Source of the DNA: Chiloscyllium plagiosum
Lineage: Eukaryota
Direction of reading: 5' to 3'
DNA: 60,172 nucleotides
NCBI RefSeq assembly: GCF_004010195.1
Contig: NC_057749.1
Span: forward strand, 24,636,569-24,696,740
Part shown: one piece after another, positions 12,343 to 23,824 of the stretch
How the letters are laid out: every line of letters begins with the position of its first letter
Position numbering within the stretch: position 1 is the stretch's first letter
The notes under the pieces: generated by a model
Seen by the model: the letters and a program-made list of their open reading frames with translations, nothing else
What the model was told of the DNA's origin: nothing
The model's database searches: none
Program-made: the position numbers and the translations under genes

Positions 12343-13029
12343 AAAGGCTTTAATTAGCTGTGAAGTGCTCTTGGAAGCTCAGGCGGTGGCGAAAAGTTCC
12401 AAATGAGTGCAAATCTTCAAATAATACCTGCCAAAAACACACAGGCCTGTTGTGAAACTTAATCATCTTTTCTGTAATGAGACACCAGTTCCAATGTGTC
12501 GATAATCTTCATGAAGTAAATTCCCCGCCATTCAGATTCCCGCCTGAGCTACTGGAGTGAAGTCCTCGCTTTTAAACTGACGTGAGAACCTCTTTCGTGG
12601 AAGGAATGGGATTGACGTAATGGCATCCGAATTCAGAAGAGTTAACAAAATAGCAACCCTCCCGGAGATGTTAATGCCATTTTTAGTTTAGCTCCAATGG
12701 TTCTGCATAATCAAGCTTTCTCTCGCCATTCATAATTAATCGTGGTCAGCTCTCAGAAGGCACGAGTCTATGCTCGCCTGTTCCCAGACAGGACACAAAA
12801 TGTCTCCATTCCATGAATATTTCATGATTGGCCATTAATAAAACATGCCACGTTAAAAATGAAGAGGATCGAGATAGGAGCATGACATTGGCAGCTCAGT
12901 GTTAACCCTGATGGTGGGCTATGTCCAACACGCAAGCTATTCGAGAATAGATTCTGCCTGGTCAGACCTTCTCTCTGATAATTGATTGTCAGATACAACC
13001 AATTATTCCTCCCAACTGGTCCACCAGTG

Positions 13030-13140
13030 TCCTCTTGTGGCATAGTGGTAGTGTCCCTACCCCTGGAATCCTAGGTTCAAATCCCACCTGCTCTGGAGCT
13101 GTGTAATAATATTTCTGAATAGGTTGATTAGGAAAAATAG
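13030..13140 (+). mobile_element. Short tRNA-derived SINE
   Basis: A box tggcatagtgg, B box ggttcaaatcc, tail ctgaataggttgattag; further copies at 2705, 23628, 24378, 24465, 50108. Confidence 0.65.
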
Positions 13141-13169
13141 GTTAAGTTTGAAAACTATTCAATCAGCAG

Positions 13170-14175
13170 GAGCGACGGTGCTGTTGAAGTAGTGTCACCG
13201 GGCTTGGAATTCAAAGCTTACAGATCTTAGGCTCAAATTTAACTGTCGTAGCTGATGTGATTTAAATCCAATTAATAACAATTTGAAATTGGTCCCTCAT
13301 CTTTGCGAAGGAGACCGTGATTAAAGTGTTGTGGGGAAAATCACCAGCCTCAGAGTCAGAGTCGGGGTTCAACGACAGAGTTTACTGAACAAGGAAATAC
13401 CAGAGCTCCAGGAGAGAAAGACACCAACAGCACAGTGGTCAGCTGCGAGTCTTCTCTCCCCCCAGAGCACAGGTCAAGATACTTTTATACATTATGTAAT
13501 ATAATAGGTCAGTGATGAGGTTATTCTCTTTGTAACATGGTCAGTTTCAGTGCAGTCATTGTCAGTTCCAGCACAGCCTTTGTTCATTTCAGCGTGGTCA
13601 TTGTCAGTTTCAGCGCAGACATTGTCAGTTTCAATGTCTGCACGGAAGTCCATTGCTGTTGTAATGGGCGCTAATCGCTCTTCCTGAGAAGGTGATTCCT
13701 GCAGCCCTGGCTAATATCACTCTGTATTGAGTCCGTATTCAAGCTGTTAGCATTTCTAGCAAAGGTGTTGGCTAGACGCAGACACTTCGACGGGCAGTGT
13801 ACGCTACTCATGTGTATTCCCTCCTCCACCCGCCTTAAACTAATCAACTGGGTTGTCTGTGCATTGTGCTGGAATTCTAGTGGCCCCAGGCAGTGTCTGT
13901 GTTTGCTCTGCTGTTGTGGTCCGGCAGCCATCTTGTGTGTGAAGTGGCCAACTTATGGCTCAGCGGCCATCTTGTGTGTCCGTGTGCCTAGTGTCACCCT
14001 ACACTGTGCCATCTCCCACTTCAAAAGTAAAAACCCATCAGGTTCTCAAATGTACTTTGAGGGAAGGAAATCCTTAATTCCCACTTGCCCTGGCCTCCAT
14101 ATGATACCAGACCCACTGTTGACTTCAGGATATTCCGAACAAGTCATTCAGCTTGAGGGGCAATTGAAGCCAGTT
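13170..14175 (+). mobile_element. SINE-X relic split by an LTR
   Basis: Head at 13170-13326; ggcctccatatgataccagacccac core at 14020-14175. Confidence 0.5.
13327..14020 (-). mobile_element. Probable solo LTR (ERV-like)
   Basis: Termini tgtggg...cccact; minus-strand TATAAAAG (~13482) and AGTAAA (~13381); duplicated gccatcttgtgtgt; interrupts a SINE; no clear TSD. Confidence 0.5.
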
Positions 14176-14289
14176 TGAAGTGCATTGAAGAAGACATCAA
14201 AAGGTATGGATGAGGGCTTCAGCAGTCGATGAGCTGAGGCAGGAGTGGAGTCGGATGGGAATAAACAATGTCAGTGATGGTGTGGTCAG

Positions 14290-14497
14290 AAGGTAACCCA
14301 CTTGGTTCACTAATGGGTAGGGAAATCTGCCGTCCTTACCTGGTCTGGCCTCTACGTGATTCTAGACCCACAGTCATGTAGTTGATTCTTAACTTCCCTC
14401 TGAGACGGTTCAAGCAAGCAACTCAATTCAAGGGGTAATTAGGGATGGGTAACTAAGGCTGACCCTGCCATTGACCTCCACATCCCATGAAAGAAAA
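14290..14497 (+). mobile_element. SINE-X 3' part
   Basis: ccgtccttacctggtctggcc...agacccacag...aattagggatggg. Confidence 0.7.
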
Positions 14498-14609
14498 GGG
14501 TCTTCTGCCCCTCCATTTTGTGACTGGCATCCCCTGCTTCTTATGGGGTGTTGTCTCAACTTGCTGCTGTCAGTTTTGATGTCAACGTCTTTGCCTATTT
14601 GGACTGATA

Positions 14610-15200
14610 AAGTCATACAACGTGGAAGCAAATCCTTCAGTCCGTGCTGACCATGTTGCCAAACTAAACCAGTCCCCCCTGCCTGCTCTTGGCCCACATC
14701 CCTCCAAACCTTTCTGATTCATGTCCCCATCCAAATGTTTTTTAAATGTTCTAATTATACCCACATCCATTTCTTCCTCTGGCGGTTCATTCCTCACTGA
14801 AACCACTCTCTGTATAAAAGAAATGCCTCTCGTGTCCTTTTTAAATCTTTCTCCTCCCACCTTAAAAATCTGCCCCCTAGGTTTGAACTCCCCCACCCAA
14901 GGGAAAAGACCCTTGTCATTCACCTTATCCATATGCTTCATGATTTTATAAACCTGTATAAGGTCGCCCCTCAACCTTCTAAGCTCCAGTGAAGAAATGC
15001 CTCAGTCTTTCCGGTGTATTTTTATATCTCAAACCCTCCATCTCTGGTGACATCCTGGTGAATCCTTTCTGAACCTCTCCAGTTTAATAATATCCTTCCA
15101 ATAACAGGGTGACCTGAACTGGGCAGGGTACTCCAGAAGAAGCCTCACTAATATCCTGTACAACCTCAACATGCTGTCCCAACTCCTATGCTTGGTCTGA
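14610..15200 (-). mobile_element. CR1 3' fragment
   Basis: RGDLIQVYKIMK...FKKHLD. Confidence 0.9.
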
Positions 15201-15204
15201 TAAG

Positions 15205-15570
15205 TGAAATGTTATGTCTCTGAGTCAGAAAGTCCGTGGGTTCAAATCTGAATCCCACTCTATCTCCTGATGAAGGGCTTATGCCTGAAACATCGACTCT
15301 CCTGCTCCTTGGATGCTGCCTGACCTGCTGAGCTTTTCCAGTACTTTCTGACTCTGACTCTTCAGCATCTGCAGTCCTCACTTTCTCCCAATACCTAGCT
15401 CAGAAACAAAAAGACTAATTCTCTGATTATTATCACATTACTGCCATCTCTGAACTTGCTGCATACAATTTGACTGGGATCTTCCTCTCTGTCATAACAG
15501 CAACACTGGAAAAGTCTTGCATTGACTGTGAGACACGTTGAAACATTCTGAGGCTGGGAATGCAAGTTCT
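15205..15570 (+). mobile_element. DeuSINE-type relic interrupted by a PLE
   Basis: tctgagtcagaaagtccgtgggttcaa head; attatcacatt...cttgctg domain; atgcaagttctt tail. Confidence 0.5.
15264..15390 (+). mobile_element. PLE family A insertion
   Basis: CTGATGA 15267-15273, GAAA 15287-15290, family A body. Confidence 0.8.
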
Positions 15571-16627
15571 TACTTCTGTTTTCAAACACTGCACGGTCTT
15601 TTATTTCTCCATTAGCTTTCAAAAGACAGCACGCTCTGTAAATATTGGCATTCACAAACGGGGACTCGACTTCAGCCAATCACGCTCCTGTTGTCCTCCA
15701 AGACAATCTTTGAGAATCTTAATAGTGGTCTTTGCAAATGGGAAAATAATTTTCAGAAGTGTTACACTGGAGTTCCGGGAATCAATGCACCTTGCCATGA
15801 CGTGAGAGTTGAATTCCTTTTCAAATCATTGCCGAATGAGATCATTACTTTTGCCCTCTTATTCAGCTGAAAACCCTCTCTCGAAACCTCCTCTAAGTTG
15901 GTCCATTTTTGCAAACAAACCTTTACCTCTCTCCATGGGACAAGGTCAATCATGGAATGGATTTTACTCTTGGGACCAATGGTAGTGGATCTGAGGTTGG
16001 TCTAGATTTTCCTCTGCCCAATCATGTCCAAATGAAGATGCTTCAGACTCCTTCTGAAGTTGCCCATTGGATCCTCCTCATACTCAATGATTCTGATTGG
16101 GACTGAGTGTTGGTTCCTTTAATGGTGCTGCCCGGGTAATCTTTAATTGCATCCTTTCCAGAAGCATTTGCTACAAGTGCATCTCAACGCACTTTCGAAA
16201 GTATTGGAGGATAATTCCCCAATGAGTAATTCCATTTTGAAAGAGAATGTTCAGACATAGCCAGGAGCTTTACTGAGCTGCACAACCAAATGAATACGCC
16301 AGAGACATTGCATTATGGGTTCACCCATCACATTCACTAACACACACTTTCCTCTGAGTGGCACTTAGGCTGATTAATATTTCATTGCATTTCATTAAGT
16401 GAGAGTTTGCTCCCATTGGATTTCACTGTTTTTTTGCTTTCATTCCTGAGCATCCATTTCTGCCTCTCCAGTGTCATCTCTTTACCCTTCACTGCCACTA
16501 GATTTTTTTCTATCTCTACTGTCTTTCTTTCCTATTTCAGTCTTTTATTTTCATTTCCATCTTCTCTCATTCTCTCTTTCGCAAACCACTTTCCATTCAA
16601 CATTCCGTGCCTGGAGTGTGCTGATGT

Positions 16628-16940
16628 AGGTGCAGTGGCTCAGCATTTAGCACTGCTGCCTCATAGTGCCAGGGACCTGGGTTCGATCCCACCCTTGGGT
16701 GACTGTCTGTGTGGAATTTGCACATTCTCCCCGTGTCTGTGTGGGTTTCCTTGGGGTGCTCTGGTTTCCTCCCACAGTCCAAAGATGTGCAGGTTAGGTA
16801 CATTGACCATGGTTAGTTACCCTATAGTGTTCAGGGATGTGTGGGTTAGCCATGCAACATGTGAGTCTGGATGGATGCTGATTGGTGCAGACTCAACGGA
16901 CCGAATGGCCTCTTTCTGCCTTTTTAGGGATTTTATGACA
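16628..16940 (+). mobile_element. HE1-type SINE
   Basis: Head, core and tail present. Confidence 0.85.
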
Positions 16941-17109
16941 TCCCCTTATCCATGACAGTGACTCTGCTTGGATGGAGGGTAGAGAATTGGTAACAACTCC
17001 ACTTACCAGTTCAGAAGAGAGCTCAAATTGAATATAGATCAGATATAGATGTGGAATGCAAAACCTGACGCATGGGCTTTTTCGCTTTTAATTTTCCTTT
17101 TTTACAACA

Positions 17110-17830
17110 GTCATAGAGTCATGGAGATGTACAGCACGGAAACATACCCTTTGGTCCAACTCTTCCATGCTGACCAGATATCCCAACCCAATCTCATCCG
17201 CCTGCCAACACCCAGACCATATCTCTCCAAACCCTTCCTATTCATATACCCATCCAGATGCCTTTTAAATGTTGTAATTGTACCAGCCACCATCAGTTCC
17301 TCTGGCAGCTCATTCCATACACGTACCACCCTCTGCATGAAAACGTTGCCCCTTAGATCTCTTTTATATCTTTCCCCTCTCACCCTAAACCTATGCCCTC
17401 CTGTTCTGGAGACCCCGACTCCAGGGAAAAGACCTTGTCTATTTACCCTATCCATGCCCCTCATGATTTTATAAACCTCTATATTTCACCCCTCAGCCTC
17501 CGATGCTCCAGGGAGAACAGCCCCAGCTTATTCAACCTCTTCCTATAGCTCAAATCCTCCAACCCTGGCAACACCCTTGTAAGTCTTGTCTGAGTCCTTT
17601 TAAGTTTCACAATATCCTTCCGATAGGAAGGAGACCAGAATTGCACACAATATTTCAACAGTGGCCTAACCAATGTCCTGTCTGCAACATGACCCTCCAA
17701 CTCCTGTACTCAGTACTCTAACCAATAAAGGAAAGCATACCAAATGCCTTCTTCACTATCCTATCCTATCTACCTGCGACTCTACTTTCAAGGAGCTATG
17801 AACCTGCGCTCCAAGGTCTCTTTGTTCTGC
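17110..17830 (-). mobile_element. CR1 3' fragment
   Basis: LVRPLLKYCVQFWSP; VWNELPEE; 3' UTR. Confidence 0.95.
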
Positions 17831-17980
17831 TAAGATTTGCTTACTTAAGCTAAGAAAATTTGCAAAGTTATAGGGACTGGACAGGAGGAGTGAAATGAAT
17901 TGGAAAGCTTTACAAAAGAGTTAGCATGGTTATGGCAGGCTGAATGGCATCTGTTTGTGATTCTCTTCTGCAATTGTCTA

Positions 17981-18272
17981 GGTGGCTCAGTGGTTAGTAC
18001 TGCTGCCTCACAGTGTCAGGGACTTGGGTTCGATCCCTGCCTCAGATAACTGTCTGTTTGGAGTTTGCACGTTCTCCCCATGTCTGAGTGGGTTTCCTCC
18101 CTCATTCCAAAGATGTGCAGGCCAGGTAAGTTGCTAAATTACTCATAGTGCTAGGTGCATTAGTCAGGGGGTAAATATAGGGTAGAGGAATGGGTCTGGG
18201 TGGGTTCTTTACGGAGGGTTGGTGTGGACTTGTTGGGCCAAAGGGCCTGTTTCCATACTGTAGGGAATCCAA
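17981..18272 (+). mobile_element. HE1-type SINE
   Basis: ggtggctcagtggttag head to gggcctgtttccatactgtagggaat tail. Confidence 0.85.
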
Positions 18273-18940
18273 CTGAATTCTTCCTCCCTTCCTGAAGCAC
18301 AGTAACACGCTCAGATCTGAAAATACTCCCTGCCTTCTGAAGCACAGTTCAAGCCTTTGATGCTTTATTGGATTAAGAGCACAAACTGTCAGTTTTCTCT
18401 TTTATTTTAAATTTAGGTCTGGCCATGAATCTGAAAAGAGTCAACAATGGAAATCGAATGTCATGCTGCGAACTAATAGGATTGAGGGATTTTCAAGTTC
18501 TATTACATTGTGCAAAACAGAGGGGCTGAATGGCCTACACTAACATAGAATTAAGAGTGAGCCAGTTAGCTCCTTGAATGTGACACTCTGCAATGGTCAC
18601 TTCCTGCCGTGGCCCAATACCCTTTAATCCCTATTGCAGTAGGACATTGAAGAATACAAATAGCCTGAAGGTCATGAGGCTAGGATCCTTTATTCTAATC
18701 ATATAGTTTCTTTACAAACATGGAGGGAAATTAAAGTTAAACAAGGAATATAGTTCTAACATGGAATTAAGCCAATGGTTCACGTCTGGATGAGGAAATC
18801 CTTTGTCTGCCTTTTCCTCTTTCCATGAGACATCGTACTGACAAAGGTAAAAACAATGACTGCAGATGCTGGAAACCAGATTCTGGATTAGTGGTGCTGG
18901 AAGAGCACTGCAGTTCAGGCAGCGTCCGAGGAGCAGCGAA

Positions 18941-18975
18941 ATCGACGTTTCGGGCAAAAGCCCTTCATCAGGAAT
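18941..18975 (-). ncRNA. Minimal hammerhead ribozyme motif
   Basis: Minus strand reads attc CTGATGA a gggc tttt gccc GAAA cgtc gat; GUC triplet. Confidence 0.7.
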
Positions 18976-19017
18976 AAAGGCAGAGAGACTGAAGCGTGGA
19001 GAAGGCTCTTTGCCTTT

Positions 19018-19052
19018 ATTCCTGATGAAGGGCTTTTGCCCGAAACGTCAGT
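19018..19052 (+). ncRNA. Minimal hammerhead ribozyme motif
   Basis: CTGATGA 19022-19028, gggc/gccc, GAAA 19042-19045, cgtc; stem I 3' side mutated. Confidence 0.6.
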
Positions 19053-19238
19053 TTCGCTGATCCTTGGATGCTGTCTGAACTGCTGTGCTCTTCCAGCACC
19101 ACTAATCCAGAATTGTACTGACAAAGACATTCCTTCGGGCAGAGATGGCACGTGTGCCTGCTTGTGCTCCCCTGCTCGGTGCTCTCCCATACCATCGCCA
19201 TCTTGCTGCTGAGGCCTCGTTACACTGTCATGAACAAA

Positions 19239-19362
19239 GGTCCTGAGGAAGGGTTACACCCAAAACGTCGACTTCCCCACCTCCTGATGCTGCCTGGCTT
19301 GCTGTGTTCTTCCAGCCTCCTGCCTGTCTACCTTGGATTCCAGTATCTGCAGTTTTTTTGTC
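19239..19362 (+). mobile_element. PLE family C insertion
   Basis: gtc CTGAGGA a gggt tac accc aAAA cgtc gac; TSD tcatgaacaaa at 19228-19238 and 19363-19373. Confidence 0.85.
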
Positions 19363-19479
19363 TCATGAACAAACATCTACCAATCTTGCATCAATTGCGG
19401 TTTCTGGAAGAGAATTTTAAACTTTTACTGCCCTTTGTGTGTAGAAGTCTTTCCTGAAAGATTTGGTAATAATTTTTTG

Positions 19480-19610
19480 AGGAGAAAGTGAGGTCTGCAG
19501 ATGCTGGAGATCAGAGCTGAAAATGTGTTGCTGGAAATGCGCAGCAGGTCAGGCAGCATCCAGGGAACAGGAGAATCGACGTTTTGGGCATAAGCCCTTC
19601 TTCAGGAATA
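19480..19610 (-). mobile_element. PLE family A insertion
   Basis: Minus strand cctgaagaagggcttatgcccaaaacgtcgatt plus body. Confidence 0.8.
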
Positions 19611-19650
19611 TTTGACTATGTCACCTAGGCCTGGATTCCCTTCGCCAGTA

Positions 19651-19842
19651 GCCATGATTTGGAGATGCTGGTGTTTGAGTTGGGTGTACAAAGTTAAAAA
19701 TCACACAACACCAGGTTATAGTCCAACAGGTTTAATTGGAAGTTCCGGATGAACCACCTAATGAAGGAGCAGTGCTCCGAATGTTAGTGCTTCCAATTAA
19801 ACCTGTTGGACTATAACCTAGTGTTGTGTGATTTTTAACTTA
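19651..19842. mobile_element. PLE family B fold-back
   Basis: Inverted arms; ccacctaatgaaggagcagtgctccgaat decayed core; TSD gccagta at 19644-19650 and 19843-19849. Confidence 0.8.
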
Positions 19843-20103
19843 GCCAGTAAGAACAATTTAACCCTACCATCCTAATTTTGCTTTATTTTGATGAATGTAC
19901 TTTAATAAAATTGGTCCTTAATCTTATTCCAGGGGGTGCAATCTTAGCTTGTCCAATCTTTCCTCATTATTTGACCTTTGGAGTCTCTGTATTGCTTTGC
20001 TAAGCCAACAAACACTGTTTCTAATGCCAAGATATCTTTTCTAAGCAGTTTTATACTGAACCACTCATAGTATTTCAGAGGGTACCTAACCAGGGCTTTG
20101 TAT

Positions 20104-20415
20104 CATAGAATTTGTAGCATTTGGCCTATTGAGTCCATACAGACCATCCAAAGAGCATCATATCCAGACGCCCCCCAGACTTGTAACTCTGCATTTCGGT
20201 GGCTAAACCACCTAACTTACACATCCCTGAACACTATGGGCCAATTTAACATGGCCAATCCACCTAACCTGCACATCTTTGGACTATGGCAGGAAAACTG
20301 GAGAAGCCAGAGGAACCCACGCAGACGTGGGGAGAACATGCAAACTCCACACAGTAGCCCAATAATGGAACTGAACCCAGATCCCTGGCACCGTGAGGCA
20401 GCAGCATTAATCACA
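20104..20415 (-). mobile_element. HE1-type SINE
   Basis: Reverse-complement consensus motifs. Confidence 0.8.
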
Positions 20416-20594
20416 GGGTCTATGTCTTTGTATTCTAATTCTTTATATCCTGTACTAGGTAATAATGTATATACCTGTTTCTGTTAATCCTTTGCACTCC
20501 TAATGCTTTGCATTATGTACAAAGTACGGTGTTTTATCCTTTATCAGTCTACATTAGATTAACCCTAAACCTAACCCTAAACTCCTTTTAGTCT

Positions 20595-20715
20595 GCAACT
20601 CCCCTTACACCCACCTCCAGTCCTGAAGAAGGGTTGCACCTGAAACATTGACTTCTCCACCTCTTGATGCTGCCTGGCTTGCTCTGTTCCCCCAGCCTTC
20701 TGCTGGTCTAACTTG
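20595..20715 (+). mobile_element. PLE family C fragment
   Basis: agtc CTGAAGA (20623-20629) a gggt tgc acct GAAA catt gact. Confidence 0.75.
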
Positions 20716-20884
20716 AAATCCATTTAGTTCATCAGGGCTTGTTGACAAACCTACAAGAGGACTGTGTGCTTTGCCTGATTGACAGTTTTATGAGTGATTA
20801 AATGTATGAAGAGGTTTTTTTTAAATAATTGTTATTTATTTTGAACAATTTATAAGCATTTGTGATAGACTTAGAAGTCTTCCT

Positions 20885-21384
20885 NNNNNNNNNNNNNNNN
20901 NNNNNNNNNNNNNNNNNNNNNNNNNNNNNNNNNNNNNNNNNNNNNNNNNNNNNNNNNNNNNNNNNNNNNNNNNNNNNNNNNNNNNNNNNNNNNNNNNNNN
21001 NNNNNNNNNNNNNNNNNNNNNNNNNNNNNNNNNNNNNNNNNNNNNNNNNNNNNNNNNNNNNNNNNNNNNNNNNNNNNNNNNNNNNNNNNNNNNNNNNNNN
21101 NNNNNNNNNNNNNNNNNNNNNNNNNNNNNNNNNNNNNNNNNNNNNNNNNNNNNNNNNNNNNNNNNNNNNNNNNNNNNNNNNNNNNNNNNNNNNNNNNNNN
21201 NNNNNNNNNNNNNNNNNNNNNNNNNNNNNNNNNNNNNNNNNNNNNNNNNNNNNNNNNNNNNNNNNNNNNNNNNNNNNNNNNNNNNNNNNNNNNNNNNNNN
21301 NNNNNNNNNNNNNNNNNNNNNNNNNNNNNNNNNNNNNNNNNNNNNNNNNNNNNNNNNNNNNNNNNNNNNNNNNNNNNNNNNNNN
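20885..21384. other. Assembly gap (500 N)
   Basis: Run of n. Confidence 1.
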
Positions 21385-23125
21385 TAAATGTTGTAATTGT
21401 ACTAGCCTCCACCACTTCCTCTGGCAACACATCCCACACATGCACCATCCTCTGTGAAAAAGTTGCCCTTAGGTCTCTTTTATATCGTTCCCCTCTCACC
21501 CTAAACCTATGCCCTCTAGTTCTGAACTCCTCCATACCAGGGACAATACCTTGTCTATTTATCCTATCCATGCCCCTCCTGATTTTATAAACTTCTATAG
21601 ATTCCCCCCTTAAGCTCCGACGCTCCAGGGAAAACAGCCCTAGCCTATTCAACCTCTTTCCACACTGTAAGGAATCTAATCTAATCTAATCAATAGCTCA
21701 AATCCTCCAACCCTGGCAACATCCTTGTAAATCTTTTCTGAACCTTTTTCATGTTTCACAACATCCTTCCGATAGGATTAGATTACTTACAGTGTGGAAA
21801 CAGGCCCTTCAGCCCAACAAGTCCACACCGACTCACCGAAGTGCAACCCACCCAGTCCCATTCCCCTAACACTACGGGCAATTTAGCATGGCCAATTCAC
21901 CTAATCTGCACATTTTTTGGGTTGCGGGAGGAAACCGGAGCACCCGGAGGAAACCCACGCAGACACGGGGAGAATGTGCAAACTCCACACAGTCAGTCGC
22001 CTGAGGCGGGAATTGAACCCGGGTCTCTGGTGCTGTGAGGTAGCAGTGCTAACCACTGTGCCACCATGCCACAATATTCCAACAGTGGCCTAACCAATGT
22101 CCTGTATAGCCGCAACATGACCTTCCAACTCTTGTACTCAATATTCTGACCAATAAAGGAAAGCATATCAAACGCCTTTTTCACTGCCCTATCTACCTAC
22201 AACTCCACTTTCAAGGAGCTATGAACCTGCGCTCCAAGGTCTCTTTGTTCAGCAACACTCCCTAGGACCTTACCATGAAGTGTATAAGTCCTGCTAAGAT
22301 TTGTTTTCCCAAAATGCAGCACCTTGCATTTATCTGAATTAAACTCCATCTGCCACTCCTCAGCCCATTGGCCCATCTGGTCAAGATCCTGTTATAAACC
22401 ACGGTAACCTTCTTCGCTGTCCACAATACCTCCAATTTTGGTGACATCTGCAAACTTACTAACTATACCTTTTAAGCTCGCATCTAAATCATTGATATAA
22501 ATGATGAAAAGTAGTGGACCCAGCACCGATCTTTGTGGCACTCCACTGGTCACAGGCCTCCAGTCTGAAAAACAGCCCTCCGCCACCACCCTCTGTCTTC
22601 TACCTTTTGAGCCAGTTCTGTATCCAAATGGTTAGCTCTCCCAGTATTCTGTGAGATCTAACCTTGCTAACCAGTCTCCCATGGGGAACCTTGTTGAACG
22701 TCTTACTAGATCACGTCTACCACACAGCCCTCATCAATCCTCTCTGTTACTTCTTCAAAAAACTCAATCAAGTTTGTGAGACATGATTTCCCATGCACAA
22801 AGCCATGTTGACTATCCCTAACCAGCCCTTGCTTTCCAAATACATGTATATCCTGTCCCTCAGGATTCCCTCCAACAACTTGCCAACCACCGATGTCAGG
22901 CTCACTGGTCTATAGTTCCCTGGCTTGTCTTTACCACCTTTCTTAAATAGTGGTATCAAGTTAGCCAATCTCCAGTCTTCCGGCACCTCATCGGTGACTA
23001 TTGATACAAATATTTCAGCAAGGGGCCCAGCAATCGCTTCCCACAGAGTTCTAGGATACACCTGATCAGGTCCTGGGGATTTATTCACTTTTATGCATTT
23101 CAAGACATCCAGCACTTCCTCCTCT
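21385..23125 (-). mobile_element. CR1/HER1-type LINE, decayed ORF2, running into the gap
   Basis: [55 protein letters not shown]. Confidence 0.95.
21776..22070 (-). mobile_element. HE1-type SINE nested in CR1
   Basis: Full head to tail; CR1 continues on both sides. Confidence 0.9.
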
Positions 23126-23627
23126 TTTGCTTTTGGTTTGAGATCTCCAGCCTCCACAGCTGTTTATTTGACCGTACAGTTTGATGTTCAGCCAGAAGCA
23201 GATTCAGGGCTTGCCCCCTTGCCCCATCCACGGTGTAATTGGCAACGAGGGAAGAGATCGCACAAAACATCCATTGGCAAGAGGACCTTACACTGGGGAA
23301 CAACAGCGGGTAGACCCCGCCCACATGCAGAATGGATGTGACTCTGGACTAGCAATCTCAGCGAGAACTTGTACCGGTACACGTGCATGGTAAAAATAAT
23401 CCAAGACACATTACAGCATTCCACCAAGACAAAATATAAAACTGTGTCCAAAAATGACCTGAAGTGGAGAGGTGGAATGATTATCAGGAAGGAGGGTTAC
23501 ATGAATTAACTGAGGATCAATTATTGATTAACAGGGAAGAAGTTGCGTGTTCTAAGGGCAAATTAACTGCTATCTATGGGCCACCACATCCTTAAATAAT
23601 AAATGGAGACAAGAAGCACTTTGGGGA

Positions 23628-23718
23628 TATTTCTAATCGTCCTCAGGAGTAGATGGGTTTTGAGCCTGGACCTCCTGCTACTGAGGTAGGGACACCACCA
23701 TTGCATTAGGAAAGCCTG
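23628..23718 (-). mobile_element. Short tRNA-derived SINE
   Basis: gaggtagggacaccaccattgca is the reverse of the family head. Confidence 0.55.
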
Positions 23719-23824
23719 TTGAAAGGAAGCTTTTATTTCTTTGACCTCACTGCTTAGCCCCAATAGGACCCCCCCCCCACTCCAAGGATCTGCTTCATTC
23801 TTTTTGTTGAATCTATTTTTCCTA

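Larger units (their letters stand above)
10988..12418 (+). mobile_element. DeuSINE-type relic (10988-11080 and 12345-12418) split by nested insertions
   Basis: cattatcacgttgctgtttgtgggatcttgctgtgtgcaa Deu-like domain; tail resumes at about 12345. Confidence 0.65.
18845..19114. mobile_element. PLE family A fold-back with two intact hammerhead cores
   Basis: ~105-bp inverted arms spanning 18881-19112; TSD gtactgacaa(ag) at 18835 and 19115. Confidence 0.9.

Noticed and set aside
16407..16955. 182-aa hydrophobic ORF
   Set aside because: Pyrimidine-rich low-complexity DNA fused to an HE1 SINE
20560..20583. Interstitial telomeric repeat (taaccc) next to a PLE fragment
   Set aside because: Only about four degenerate units; too short to distinguish from chance
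20798..21652. Long ORFs of 201-284 aa
   Set aside because: Artefacts of translating the 500-N gap plus CR1 debris
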